Shown piece by piece: positions 36,708-47,143 of a stretch of 64,000 nt of DNA. Origin of the DNA: an uncultured Gemmatimonadales bacterium (GTDB taxonomy: Bacteria > Gemmatimonadota > Gemmatimonadetes > Gemmatimonadales > Gemmatimonadaceae). Below the pieces are notes generated by a model, which was not told the origin of the DNA, ran no database searches, and saw only the letters and a list, made by a program, of their open reading frames with translations. Position numbers and translations under genes: made by a program. The stretch is from positions 128,001-192,000 of the forward strand of contig CAVPQB010000006.1 of NCBI GenBank assembly GCA_963707505.1, read 5' to 3'. Each line of letters opens with the position of its first letter. Position 1 is the stretch's first letter.

Positions 36708-38373
36708 TCATTGCATCCGTGACTCTGCAAAGCGTGCAGCGAGTGCCATTATGAGCACCAACCCGATCAACAGCGCACTGTACGCTGACGCGGTGCCAAA
36801 AGCGTATGAGCGTAGTTGGGCGAGTATCTCGATCGATATCGGTCGGTTGCCATGCGTGTACAGCACGATGCTCGCAACGAACTCTCCGACAGCGGTGACA
36901 CACGCGAGCAACGCACCTGCGACGATCCCGGGCCGCGCCGCCGGCAATACCACACGACGCACAGCCATCCACCACGAAGCACCGAGCCCCCGCGCAGCTG
37001 GCTCCAGCGAAGGATCCATCTGCTTGAGCGATCCCTCTACCGCCTGCGATACGAGAGGGATGTCACGCACGAAATACGCCAGCGGCAGGATCCAGAACGT
37101 GCCAACCAGCAGTACCTTGCCCATCGAAAGGTCGTTCTTGTTGAACGTGGCGAGGAGACCGAGTGCAATCGCGGTCCCGGGAATCGCCCACGGCAGCGCG
37201 ACGAGCGCCTCGAGCAACCGGCGGCCGCTGAACTTGCGTGTCACTATCAGATATGCACCTGCAACACAGAAGACGACATTCCCAGCGGTCGCGAGTAGCG
37301 ACATGACTATGCTGTTGCGGATCGGGGTCCAGAGCTGGTTCTCCGTGAACAATCCCGCGTAGTTGTGCGTGGTGTATTCCGGCGGCAATACCTGCGTCGT
37401 CCACGCTCCGTCCTTGCGCGAAGGACACGAGCACGATCATGAGATGCGGCAACACCAGCACGAGTACTATGAGGCCGGCTGCCGTCGCGAGCCCGATACG
37501 CGCCCATCGCGAGCGAACGGGCTGGCGACTGGCACCGCCCTTCCCCGCGGCAACGTAGGCCCGCTTCCCCTCGAGCCACCGGAACAGCAACAGTCCCGCA
37601 ACTGCGCTTATCGCGAGCACCGTCGTCTCGACATACGCGAGCCCGATCGCGTCGTTCAGCTTCGAGTTGAGAATCTGTGTCGACAGAACTCGCACGCCAC
37701 CACCGAACACATACGGAGCGGAGAACGAGCCGAGCGCGCTCATGAAGACCAGGAGCGCCGAACCGGCGATGGCCGGCGTGAGCAGCGGAAGCGTCACGCG
37801 AATCAGGCGGCGAAGCGTGCCCGCGCCAAGACCGATCGCGGCCTCGTCCAGTGACGCTTCATATCGCTCGAGACCCGCGGATACGAACAGATACACATAT
37901 ACGTACATGGTGTACGCGTGTATGAAGATGATCGCACCGATTCCGTTCAGGTGCCACGGAACATCCTTGAGACGAAGTGCGATCTGCACCACTCTCGTAA
38001 TCACTCCCGTATCACCGTACAGAAAGAGAAACGAGATGACGCCCACCAGTGGCGGCAGCGCAGCCGGAAGCAGCGCAGCCGCGCGCAGTACCGTTCGTCC
38101 CGGAAAGTCGAATCGCGTGAGAAGAAATGCCAGCGGCACCCCGATCGCAAGCGATGCCGCAACGGACGCGACAGCGATGATTATGCTGTTCTTGAGTGCC
38201 TCGACATCGGAGGGAGACTCCGCAAATTCGCGCCAGTGACCCATGCTGCCCATGATCACTGCAACGTTCGGATAGATAACCGTCCAGACCAGTATCAGCA
38301 GCAGTGGCAGTGCCGCCAGCGTCGCCATTCGCTCGGCGCGGCTGCGTCCACCGAGCCAGGCCGCCATCGTCAC
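36708..38373 (-). CDS. ABC transporter permease, fused two-domain FbpB/AfuB-like, split by an apparent +1 indel at ~37416
   Basis: Two EAA-type loops (LDEAAIGLGA, LEPAARGLGA); frames join as FA-KDGAWTTQVLPP. Confidence 0.88.
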
Positions 38374-39422
38374 GGCACCATCGGAACCGGGCGCGTCACA
38401 CGCACAGGCACGGCAGCGCCCGTTTCAATGCGCTCGCGCGACGCAACGTCGAACACGATGTCGTCGTCCAGCCGCAGCCTGTAGACGAACTGCGCACCGG
38501 CGAATCTTCGCGCGATCACCGTAGCGCTCCACTGATCGCCGCCACCGTCCCGCGCAATCTCAACCGCTTCCGGCCGGAGCACGATCGCACCAGCGCCGCC
38601 GTCTTCGATACCGGTGAACGAGCTCAACGCCACCCGGTGTGTCGCACCGGCAATCGCCACCGTCGCGGAATCACCGTCGCGGCGCGCGGGTATCAGCGTC
38701 GCGTGTCCAATGAACATCGCGACGTCGCGAGTCGCCGGCCTGTCGTAGAGATCTTCCGGTGAACCATCCTGCAGCACGCGCCCGCGCGATAGCAGCACTA
38801 TTCGATCGGCGATGGCAAATGCGTCGTCCTGATCGTGCGTGACGAACAGCGCCGGCGCTTTTGATTCCTTGAGCGTGGTACGCAGCTCGTCGCGCGTGCT
38901 CTGTCGCAGCGTGGGATCCAGATTGGACAGTGGCTCGTCAAGCAGCAACAGGCGGGGCTCGATCACGGCCGCGCGCGCGAGCGCGACGCGTTGCTGCTCA
39001 CCTCCGGAAAGCTGCTGCACCATCCGCGCACCCTTTCCACCAAGCCCCACACGATCGAGCGCCGCGCCGGCGCGCTGCATCCGGTCCGAACGTCCCACGC
39101 CGCGCGCCTCGAGTCCGAACGCGACATTCTCAGCGACAGACATGTGCGGAAAGAGCGCGTAATGCTGGAACACCATGCCGAAGTCACGCTTGGACGGACC
39201 GAGCCGCGTGATGTCCTGGCCATCGTACAGTACGCGCCCGGTATCAGGCTGCTCGTAACCAGCGACGATTCTGAGGGTCGTCGTCTTGCCCGAGCCTGAC
39301 GCGCCTACCAGCGCTACGAGCTCTCCCGGCTTCACCTCGAACGAGACATGATCCACCGCCGTCTGACCGCTGAAGACGCGCACTATGCTATCGACTACGA
39401 GCCCGGCACCGCTTCCGCTCAT
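38370..39422 (-). CDS. ABC transporter ATP-binding protein (PotA/FbpC-like)
   Basis: GASGSGKT, MVFQHYALFPH, LSGGEQQRVALARA, LLLDEPLSNLD, VTHD, TOBE-like tail. Confidence 0.95.
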   Translation of the reverse strand: MSGSGAGLVVDSIVRVFSGQTAVDHVSFEVKPGELVALVGASGSGKTTTLRIVAGYEQPDTGRVLYDGQDITRLGPSKRDFGMVFQHYALFPHMSVAENVAFGLEARGVGRSDRMQRAGAALDRVGLGGKGARMVQQLSGGEQQRVALARAAVIEPRLLLLDEPLSNLDPTLRQSTRDELRTTLKESKAPALFVTHDQDDAFAIADRIVLLSRGRVLQDGSPEDLYDRPATRDVAMFIGHATLIPARRDGDSATVAIAGATHRVALSSFTGIEDGGAGAIVLRPEAVEIARDGGGDQWSATVIARRFAGAQFVYRLRLDDDIVFDVASRERIETGAAVPVRVTRPVPMVP

Positions 39423-40456
39423 CCGCGCTTCCTGATGTGTGCGTCCCAATATCTCATCCACTCGTTCAGGTGCTGCGCCAGCAAGGCGCCGTCGACCGGC
39501 ATCGGCTTGATCTGCTTCATCGCTGTCTGAATCCATGCCGGCAGCGAGTCCGTCGGAATGTCCGTGCGCGCGGGAATGCGCAGGAATTGCCGAGCGGCCT
39601 CGAGCTGCGCGTGTTGCGTCGTCACGAACTCATAGTACAGCTTTGCCTCACGAGGATGCTTGGTGCCGCGCACGATCGCGATTGCATCCACCAGTAGCGG
39701 TGTTCCGCTGCGCGGTATCACGTAGTCGATCGGAATCCCCACGCGATCCCGCATCGTCGCCACATCAGGCATGTCCCAGAGCGTTATCAAACCTTCACGA
39801 CTCTTCAGCTTCTGGTACAGAATCGTTGGATTGAGTACGTACTCCTTGGTATTTGCATCGAGCCGTCGCAGCCAGTCGTACCCCCGTTGCGGTGAGCCCG
39901 TCTCGGTAACGCTCTTGGCTATGATCGCACCGAATATCGCGCGCATCGTACCCGACGCGATCGGATCGCGTATGATAACCTTGCCGCGCCACTTGGGGTC
40001 GAGCACATCGTCCCAGTCCTGCGGTGCACTATCGCGCGGGATCGCGTCGCCGTTGTAGGCGATCACTTCCGGCGTGAGGTATGTGCCGTACCAGAGATCG
40101 TGCGGATCGTGCGCCTCCGCCGGAACTTCGCTCGCCCACGTTGGCCGATACGGCTGCAGCAGGTTTTCCTTCGCCGCACGCTCGAATGACTCCGACGGTG
40201 CGCCGAACCAGACGTCAGCCTGCGGGTTTACCGCCTCGCCACGAATGCGGTCGAGAACTTCCTGCGACCCCATGTCCACCCACTGCACGTCGATGGTGGG
40301 ATACGCCTTCTCGAATTCCGTCTCGTAGTACTTGAGCAGATCGATCCCGTGCGGCGAGTACACCGTCAGCACCGTCCGATTGTCGTGCACGCACGACCCG
40401 AGCATCGCCGCGGCAGCCGCGCAGACGATGCCTCCCGCCACGCGGCGGAGCGTCAC
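39419..40456 (-). CDS. ABC substrate-binding lipoprotein (AfuA/FbpA-like class)
   Basis: Lipobox LGS-C, NPQADVWFG, P.DWDD.LDPKW.G, P..SGT. Confidence 0.9.
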   Translation of the reverse strand: MTLRRVAGGIVCAAAAAMLGSCVHDNRTVLTVYSPHGIDLLKYYETEFEKAYPTIDVQWVDMGSQEVLDRIRGEAVNPQADVWFGAPSESFERAAKENLLQPYRPTWASEVPAEAHDPHDLWYGTYLTPEVIAYNGDAIPRDSAPQDWDDVLDPKWRGKVIIRDPIASGTMRAIFGAIIAKSVTETGSPQRGYDWLRRLDANTKEYVLNPTILYQKLKSREGLITLWDMPDVATMRDRVGIPIDYVIPRSGTPLLVDAIAIVRGTKHPREAKLYYEFVTTQHAQLEAARQFLRIPARTDIPTDSLPAWIQTAMKQIKPMPVDGALLAQHLNEWMRYWDAHIRKRG

Positions 40457-42744
40457 CGCAGCAGATTCGCGAATATGCGCGCGCCGCCTGGTACGGCGGC
40501 CGGAAGTTGGCGAAACAGAGCGAGCGTCACGTACGTGTAGCGTCCCTTTCCAACCTGTGCAGTGAGAAGCCCTGCACTGTTGGGCTCCTCATCGGGATCA
40601 TTCATGCGCAGTGCCGTCGAATAGTGCGAATCAAAAGTGCTCGGCATGTACGTCGCGCGCTCCTGCACCCAGCCCGTGAAATCCGCACTCGTGATCCTGT
40701 TCGGAGTGTCGAGCAGCGCGTTTCGTGGCTCGATTATCGTCACCGGTGCGTTTTCATCTGTTACACGGGCGGCTGGGCGCGCAAGCTTGATCGGGTACGG
40801 CATCACACCTGCCTGCTGCATCTCATTCTGACCGTACTGCACAACGAGATTTCCCCCGCGGCGCACGTAGTTCATCAGATACGAGTTGTTGTCGATCAAC
40901 AGCTGATTGGCCTGATACGCGCGCGGCCCTACGACTATCGTGCTGAAACGCGAAAGATCGGATGTCGGAAGAGCAGCCGGATTCAACTGCTGGACCGTCA
41001 GTCCAAGATCACGCAGCGCGTCTGCCACATTGTCACCAACGCCCTGGACATATCCGATCAGCGCGTGGGCCGGTACGACCACGTTCACGGCCTCGATCGA
41101 CACCTCGGCCTTGCGGTACATCCGCTGCGGCGTGATGTGGCTGTAATCGATCGGGATGAATCCAATACTGTCGCGCTGCGTGCCATCCACAACAACCGCG
41201 CGCACCGCGTGAGCTCCCGCGGCAACGCGGCCCGTCGCCCGGAACGTCACAATTCGCGTTTCGCCAGCACCCAGCGTCACAGTACGCTGGCTGGAATCGG
41301 CTTGCATCCCGTTCGGCACTTCGAGTCGCACCTGCAACGTGTGCGCGGTCGGCCACGACGACCGGAGAGTCAGCTGAAATGTACGGTCGAGCGGCGCGCC
41401 GGCACGTGCAAGCTCCGCATCTCGATCGAACGTGACAGATACGCCGGGCGCGGTAGCGAGCGGCTCCTCGATTTCTCCGCGCACGGGATCGGCGTAACGA
41501 TAAATCGCGGGCGTACGCACGACGACCGGAGACTGACCGGGCAGACTCACCGTCACCGGCACCCAGGCCTGCCTCTCCCGCTCATCGTCCGAAATGGAGT
41601 CGGATGCAAACGCAAATAGATCGCCGACACGGGGGCGAACGAGCCAGTACGGCTCGGTCAGCTGCTCGCCATGGATGTATATCGTTCGCAGAGCACTGCT
41701 GTCCACGGTACCGCTACGGTAGACCGCAATGTGCACCGCGACGCTGTCGCCCAGTGCGACCCGCGGCCGCTCGGCAACAGCCTCGACGTCGATGCCTGCA
41801 TCGGCAAGTGCGACTCGATTACGATCCGCCTGCGTCACGTCATGCGTGGTGTCGAGTCCCTCGAACATCGATCGCTCGGATTGTGCAGGCGTCGCGGCGT
41901 TCACGCGCGTCGCCTCGCGCCGCAGGTAATCGATTACGACTCCCTTCCGCGCACTGCTGCCAAAACCCTGCGACTTGTGCTGGCTACGACTCTCAGCCGC
42001 GATCTCGGCGTAAGTGAGACCGAGTATCGGATCATACTCGCCCACGTTCATCGAGATCGTGCCCTCCTCACGAGAGAACCGCGCGCCCCGGTAAAACTTG
42101 GATACCGTCCATGGCTTCCCGAACTTGCTGACCGGAAAGCGCACCGTATCGGCTGCCGCGTCGTACGCTTCACGTGACAGGATGCCCGCCACCTGATGCT
42201 GTCCGTGTCCATCACGCGGAGTTCCGGAGAATACCGACACGATGACCTGCGGCCGGAATGCCCGCACCACCTTGATCATGTCGCCGAGTACCGAGTCGCG
42301 CGGCCAGTGCGAGAAGCTCTCGGCTGCAGTCTTGGAGAACCCGAAATCATACGCGCGCGTGAAGTACTGGTGTGCACCGTCGATGCGCCGCGCAGCAAGC
42401 AACTCCTCGGTGCGAATCACGCCGAGCGCTTCACCCAGCTCGTTGCCGATCAGATTCTGCCCCCCGTCGCCCCGCGTGAGCGACAGATACGCGGTCTCGG
42501 CGCGATGACCGCGCGCAAGCCATGCAATCAGCTGCGTGTCCTCGTCATCCGGATGCGCCCCGATCACCAGCACGCGTGTGTGGACTCCGGCCGCGGCCTT
42601 CGCTTCCGCCAACGCGACGATGCCGCGCTCCTGAGCATTCAGGAAACGCGGCATCAACACCACACCGAGCGCAGTTGCCACTGTGGCAACGGCACGCACG
42701 AAAATCCTCGTCCGATGCCTTTCGGCGATGGTCGCCGCGCTCAA
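40453..42744 (-). CDS. Secreted PIG-L family deacetylase with C-terminal class I GATase-like domain
   Basis: AHPDDED, TRGDGGQN, R.EEL..AR, DFGFSK, HGQHQ, RSQHKSQGFG, GWVQER, FRQLP. Confidence 0.92.
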   Translation of the reverse strand: MSAATIAERHRTRIFVRAVATVATALGVVLMPRFLNAQERGIVALAEAKAAAGVHTRVLVIGAHPDDEDTQLIAWLARGHRAETAYLSLTRGDGGQNLIGNELGEALGVIRTEELLAARRIDGAHQYFTRAYDFGFSKTAAESFSHWPRDSVLGDMIKVVRAFRPQVIVSVFSGTPRDGHGQHQVAGILSREAYDAAADTVRFPVSKFGKPWTVSKFYRGARFSREEGTISMNVGEYDPILGLTYAEIAAESRSQHKSQGFGSSARKGVVIDYLRREATRVNAATPAQSERSMFEGLDTTHDVTQADRNRVALADAGIDVEAVAERPRVALGDSVAVHIAVYRSGTVDSSALRTIYIHGEQLTEPYWLVRPRVGDLFAFASDSISDDERERQAWVPVTVSLPGQSPVVVRTPAIYRYADPVRGEIEEPLATAPGVSVTFDRDAELARAGAPLDRTFQLTLRSSWPTAHTLQVRLEVPNGMQADSSQRTVTLGAGETRIVTFRATGRVAAGAHAVRAVVVDGTQRDSIGFIPIDYSHITPQRMYRKAEVSIEAVNVVVPAHALIGYVQGVGDNVADALRDLGLTVQQLNPAALPTSDLSRFSTIVVGPRAYQANQLLIDNNSYLMNYVRRGGNLVVQYGQNEMQQAGVMPYPIKLARPAARVTDENAPVTIIEPRNALLDTPNRITSADFTGWVQERATYMPSTFDSHYSTALRMNDPDEEPNSAGLLTAQVGKGRYTYVTLALFRQLPAAVPGGARIFANLLR

Positions 42745-45485
42745 CGGGCTGCTGCCCGCGCGCGACCGCTCTGTGCAGGCTGCGGAAGCGTGAACACTTC
42801 CGACACGATCCGCTCCTGTTCAATCTTGTGGGGTCCAGCATATCCCTCAGCCGGACTCGCGCGCTCGGCGCGCCCGATGTAACGGATCGTTATTGCATTC
42901 CCCGTCGAAACTCTGAGCCGCGGCCAGACAAAAGTCCACGCTCCCATGTTCTTCGGCTCTTCCTGCGCCCAGACCACGTCCTCGATCGCCGGATACGAAT
43001 CCACGATGCGCGCGATGTCCTCGTGCGGCCACGGATACAGCTCCTCCACACGTACGAGCGCAACACCGTTCCCGCCATCACGCTTCCGCTTCTCCAGCAG
43101 ATCGTAATAGATCTTGCCGGTGCAGAATACGATGCGTTTCACGCTCTCGCGCTGGCTCGACATCGACCCATCGTCGATGACCGTCTGGAACGTCCCGGAC
43201 GTGAGATCGCTCAACTTCGACGCAGCTTCGGACGCACGAAGCAGGCTCTTGGGCTGCATCAGAATGAGCGGCCGTCGCTCCGTGTCACGCGCCTGGCGCC
43301 GCAGGATGTGAAAGTACTGCGCCGGTGTCGATGGATACGCCACGCGCATGTTACCCTCGGCGCACAACTGCAGATAGCGCTCGAGTCTCGCGCTCGAATG
43401 CTCCGGGCCCTGACCTTCGTAGCCGTGTGGCAGCAGAACCGTCACCGATGAATCCTGCCCCCACTTCGCGCGGCCCGATGCGATGAACTGGTCGAACATG
43501 ATCTGCGCAACGTTGGCGAAGTCGCCGTACTGCGCTTCCCACATTACCAGCGTATCGCTGACAGTCACGCTGAAACCGTACTCGAAGCCGAGCACCGCGG
43601 TCTCGGACAATGGAGAATTGTAGACGTCGATCGTACCCTTTGCGGAATCGATGTGCTTCAACGGCACATACGTGGCGCCGGACGATGCATCGTGCAACAC
43701 GTCCTGTCGATGCGAGAACGTACCGCGCTCCACATCCTGGCCAGTCAGCCGCACCGACGTTCCGTCGATCAGCAACGAGCCGAGCGCGAGCGATTCGGCA
43801 TGGCCCCAATCGATTCCGCCAGCGTCGCCCATCGCATCACGACGGCGCGCGAGCGTGCGCGCCACACGGCTGTTCGGCTTGAAATCTTCCGGCCAGCGAA
43901 GCAACGCCTCGTTCAGCGATTGCAGCACCGATGCGCTCACCGCTGTGTCGATCACGTGCGGAGCTGATGGCGATTCGGGCGTGTCCTCGTGTTCCGGCAA
44001 CGGACGCGCGCCACGCTGAATCTCTTCCAGCTTCGACATGATGCCGCGCTCGACCGATTGCATCTCCTCAGCGCTTATCACGCCTTCGGCGACGAGTCGC
44101 TCGCCCCACACCTCGCGCGGAGTCTTGTGCGCACGAATGTTCGCGTACAGAAGCGGCTGCGTGAACGCGGGCTCATCCGTCTCGTTGTGTCCGTGTCGGC
44201 GGTAGCTTACCAGATCGATCAACACGTCCTTGTTGAACGTCGCGCGATACGCCATCGCCAGACGCACAGCCTGTACGCATGCCAGTGCATCGTCGCCGTT
44301 CACGTGCATGATGGGTATGTCGTAACCCTTGGCCGGATCGCTCGCGTACCGCGTGGAGCGTCCATCTCGCGGATCCACCGTGAATCCGATCTGGTTGTTG
44401 ACGATGATATGGACTGTACCACCAGTCCGGAATCCGTCCAGCATCGACAGGTTCATCGTCTCAGTGACGATTCCTTCGCCTGTGAATGCGGCATCCCCAT
44501 GCACGCATACGGGAATCACCGCCGATTCGTCGTGCGTTCCATCGGCCGCGCGCTGCTTGGCGCGCGCCACACCTTCGAGCACCGCGTTCACGAACTCGAG
44601 ATGACTCGGATTCGGGACAAGTGTGAGCGCGATCTCGCGCCCACCGATCTCGCGCGTGCCATCCGCCCCCTGATGATACTTCACGTCACCGCTGGTATCG
44701 ACCGCACCGCTGGGATGCTTGTCCTCGAACTCGTCGAAAATGGTCGCGTATGACTTGCCGAGCACGTGCGTCAGTACGTTGATGCGACCGCGATGAGCCA
44801 TGGACATCGCGACTTCGCGTGAGCCGCCCAGTGCGGAAAGCGCGATGATCTCATCCAGCATCACCACCAGCGCATCGCTCCCCTCGATCGAGAAACGCTT
44901 GTAGCCCTGATATGCACGTCCCAGAAAACGCTCGAGCGCATCGACTTCTGTAAGCCGCGCCAGGACTGCCTTTTTTTCATCAACCGTGAGATCCTGGTGA
45001 TACGTGCCGCCTTCGACGGCGTCACGCAGCCACTGACGCTCCTTGAAGGAACCGAGATGCTCGAATTCGAAGCCAGTCGTCGATGAGTACAGCGAGCGCA
45101 GCCGCGCGGTGGCGGCGGCGGCCGTAGCGTCCGGCATTCCCACCACGCTACCTGGAATCGATGCGAGCAGGGCCTCCGTCACGCCGTGACTTTCTGGGCT
45201 CAGCTCGGGTGATCCCGGAGGTGCGCTTCCCAGTGGATCTATCGCGACCGCGAGATGTCCATATGCGCGAATCGCGTCGAGCAGCGCCGCAGCGCCGGCG
45301 GCCGCACGGAGTGCATCCGAGCCAACCGCCGTCTGACCGATGGGACCAGTTCCGCCAAGCCCCTCGGCGAAACGGAAGAATTGGCGCCAGGACTCATCTA
45401 CCGACGCAGGATCGCGCTTGTATGCGTCGTAAACTTCGGCGATGTAGCCGTCGTTGAAGACGCTCGTTATGGCTTCGCTACTCAT
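42741..45485 (-). CDS. sucA: 2-oxoglutarate dehydrogenase E1 component
   Basis: KRFSIEG, MAHRGR, GDVKYH, NPSHLE, HGDAAF, NNQIGFT, YRRHGHNE, WEAQYGDF, LPHGYEGQGPEHSSAR. Confidence 0.98.
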   Translation of the reverse strand: MSSEAITSVFNDGYIAEVYDAYKRDPASVDESWRQFFRFAEGLGGTGPIGQTAVGSDALRAAAGAAALLDAIRAYGHLAVAIDPLGSAPPGSPELSPESHGVTEALLASIPGSVVGMPDATAAAATARLRSLYSSTTGFEFEHLGSFKERQWLRDAVEGGTYHQDLTVDEKKAVLARLTEVDALERFLGRAYQGYKRFSIEGSDALVVMLDEIIALSALGGSREVAMSMAHRGRINVLTHVLGKSYATIFDEFEDKHPSGAVDTSGDVKYHQGADGTREIGGREIALTLVPNPSHLEFVNAVLEGVARAKQRAADGTHDESAVIPVCVHGDAAFTGEGIVTETMNLSMLDGFRTGGTVHIIVNNQIGFTVDPRDGRSTRYASDPAKGYDIPIMHVNGDDALACVQAVRLAMAYRATFNKDVLIDLVSYRRHGHNETDEPAFTQPLLYANIRAHKTPREVWGERLVAEGVISAEEMQSVERGIMSKLEEIQRGARPLPEHEDTPESPSAPHVIDTAVSASVLQSLNEALLRWPEDFKPNSRVARTLARRRDAMGDAGGIDWGHAESLALGSLLIDGTSVRLTGQDVERGTFSHRQDVLHDASSGATYVPLKHIDSAKGTIDVYNSPLSETAVLGFEYGFSVTVSDTLVMWEAQYGDFANVAQIMFDQFIASGRAKWGQDSSVTVLLPHGYEGQGPEHSSARLERYLQLCAEGNMRVAYPSTPAQYFHILRRQARDTERRPLILMQPKSLLRASEAASKLSDLTSGTFQTVIDDGSMSSQRESVKRIVFCTGKIYYDLLEKRKRDGGNGVALVRVEELYPWPHEDIARIVDSYPAIEDVVWAQEEPKNMGAWTFVWPRLRVSTGNAITIRYIGRAERASPAEGYAGPHKIEQERIVSEVFTLPQPAQSGRARAAAR

Positions 45486-45532
45486 GGCTCTCAATTTAAC
45501 CCTTTCTTGCGGCGCTTTTCGCGCACTCCGCG

Positions 45533-45970
45533 TCAGCGCGGAGCGTCCGCCGAAAGGGATTCGGAACGGGTGCCGGTGAAGGTCGGCGCACCCGGAGTGA
45601 AGCGTGGACGCGCCGCTGCCGCTCGCACCAGCTTGCGCGCGTTCGCCGAATCCAGCGTTGGAAGATAAAGGAATCCCGCGATTCCGTTGCAGTCCAGCGG
45701 CACCAGCTCGTTGGATCTGCGCGTGAGACTCACAGCAACGATCGGCGTCTTACGCAGCACCTCGTCGCACTCCCACTCGTCCAGCGGCTGCGTCGTCAAC
45801 AATTCGTATTCGCAAACCACCACGTCCGGTGCGCACGAGCGCGTGGATTCCACCGCGCCCTGCACTCCTACGACACCGACTGTGCAGACTTCATCGCTCT
45901 CGAAGAATCGAGCAATGTGGCCTGCGAGAAATTCGTGACGCGCTACACAGACGACGTACAATGGACTCAA
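45533..45970 (-). CDS. Stand-alone atypical receiver (REC-like) domain protein
   Basis: REC topology (PDVVVCEYEL, TPIVAVS, AGFLYLP) with Glu at the phospho-Asp position; TTG start with GAGG SD. Confidence 0.6.
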   Translation of the reverse strand: MSPLYVVCVARHEFLAGHIARFFESDEVCTVGVVGVQGAVESTRSCAPDVVVCEYELLTTQPLDEWECDEVLRKTPIVAVSLTRRSNELVPLDCNGIAGFLYLPTLDSANARKLVRAAAARPRFTPGAPTFTGTRSESLSADAPR

Positions 45971-46065
45971 AATTTCGGCCTCTGTAGTCAATCTACAGAA
46001 TGATGCCGCGCGTGCGCCGGCTCCGAAAGTGGGGGCGCGTAACGGCAGTGTCGGGAAATGGCTAC

Positions 46066-46095
46066 AAAAAGAAAAGGGCGGCTGAGAGCCGCCCT
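46066..46095 (-). terminator. Intrinsic terminator
   Basis: Minus strand agggcggct-ctc-agccgccct followed by TTTCTTTTT. Confidence 0.8.
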
Positions 46096-46128
46096 CCAAC
46101 CGGTCGAGCCGGAAAGGCGAATCCCACC

Positions 46129-46599
46129 TTACGGCCGGTTTGGTACCTTCTTCTTGTCCACGTTGTTCCCGATCACGGCGCCCAGTATGCCGCCGGCTGC
46201 CGCCCCTATCACGCCGCCCTTCACCTTGTTCTTACTCGTCACCGCGCCGAGAATCGCGCCAGCACCCGCGCCGATCGCGGCGTCGCGATTGGTGTTCTTC
46301 TCGACGTGCGTGGCAGGCGCCCGCGCGGCCGAGCTTCCGCTGCTACCCTCGTAAACATGGTGAACCACAGTCCTGTGAGTCACGGCTGCCGGCGCCGTCG
46401 CGGTCTGTTGAGGAGCCAGAGAATTGGCGCGGGCACGCTCGAGCGCGGAAACGCTGTCGGCGGGTGTTACCGGGTGTGCCTGCGAGGCAAGCGACAGGTC
46501 GCTGTTCAGAGCGTCGTCGACTTTTTTGGAGTCGTTGCCCTTGCACCCAAAGGCGAGGACGACCAGAGGCAAGATTGCTAAACGAGTGAATGGCTTCAT
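46129..46599 (-). CDS. Glycine-zipper (YMGG-like) lipoprotein
   Basis: Lipobox AFG-C, RDAAIGAGAGAILGA...GGVIGAAAGGILGAVIGNNVDK; AGGAG SD. Confidence 0.88.
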   Translation of the reverse strand: MKPFTRLAILPLVVLAFGCKGNDSKKVDDALNSDLSLASQAHPVTPADSVSALERARANSLAPQQTATAPAAVTHRTVVHHVYEGSSGSSAARAPATHVEKNTNRDAAIGAGAGAILGAVTSKNKVKGGVIGAAAGGILGAVIGNNVDKKKVPNRP

Positions 46600-46659
46600 A
46601 AAATTCTGACTCCTGCATCAATTTGCGGCGGCATGATTGCCGAACGCTGTCCAAAAGGG

Positions 46660-46674
46660 GCAGGGACTGTGCCA
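46660..46674 (-). promoter_or_regulatory. Putative sigma54 promoter
   Basis: Minus strand TGGCACAgtccCTGC, GG-N10-GC, 61 nt upstream of ATG 46599. Confidence 0.65.
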
Positions 46675-46675
46675 C

Positions 46676-47143
46676 TCAAGATGGGACAACCACAACCAGG
46701 TCCCCTAAACTAACCAGTCCACCGACCAGAACCTTACCATACACTCGGCTCCAACCTGGGTTCGTCTTCTGGGAGATTCTTGAGAAACGTCCGTTTACGA
46801 ACGATTCCCGGATGGTCTTGCAGGGCGACGTGTAATCTGTCAGCTGGACAACCGCGCCACCTATCGAGACCCGTACACCGGGTATCATGTCTGCCCAGTC
46901 CAGCCCCCTGACTGTGAGATTCTCGCCCGCAGAGCCCGGGAAGATCGGGTGGCCCTCCAGCTGCAGCGCCTCGATGAGCTCCGTTGCATAGATGCACACC
47001 GCTCGCTCCGGCCCACCATGAGATTCAACGTCGTCGTGCCCGTCTCCCGCGAAGCCGTAGACGCCGAGCTGCGCGCTCTGGATGGGCAGCTTTGGGACGC
47101 CGCCTTGGGAAATGTTCAGCGATACGACGGTTCCCTCATTCAT
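46676..47143 (-). CDS. MOSC domain protein (YiiM-like)
   Basis: GGVPK, GD.H....HGGPERAV, PG..GENLT, PC; ATGA overlap with the upstream gene. Confidence 0.92.
   Translation of the reverse strand: MNEGTVVSLNISQGGVPKLPIQSAQLGVYGFAGDGHDDVESHGGPERAVCIYATELIEALQLEGHPIFPGSAGENLTVRGLDWADMIPGVRVSIGGAVVQLTDYTSPCKTIRESFVNGRFSRISQKTNPGWSRVYGKVLVGGLVSLGDLVVVVPS

Noticed and set aside
34540..37420. Programmed ribosomal frameshifting or true pseudogenes at rnhA, the zinc ribbon gene, ndh and the permease
   Set aside because: No slippery heptamer or shared context, indels go in both directions, and there is no other decay; sequencing error is simpler
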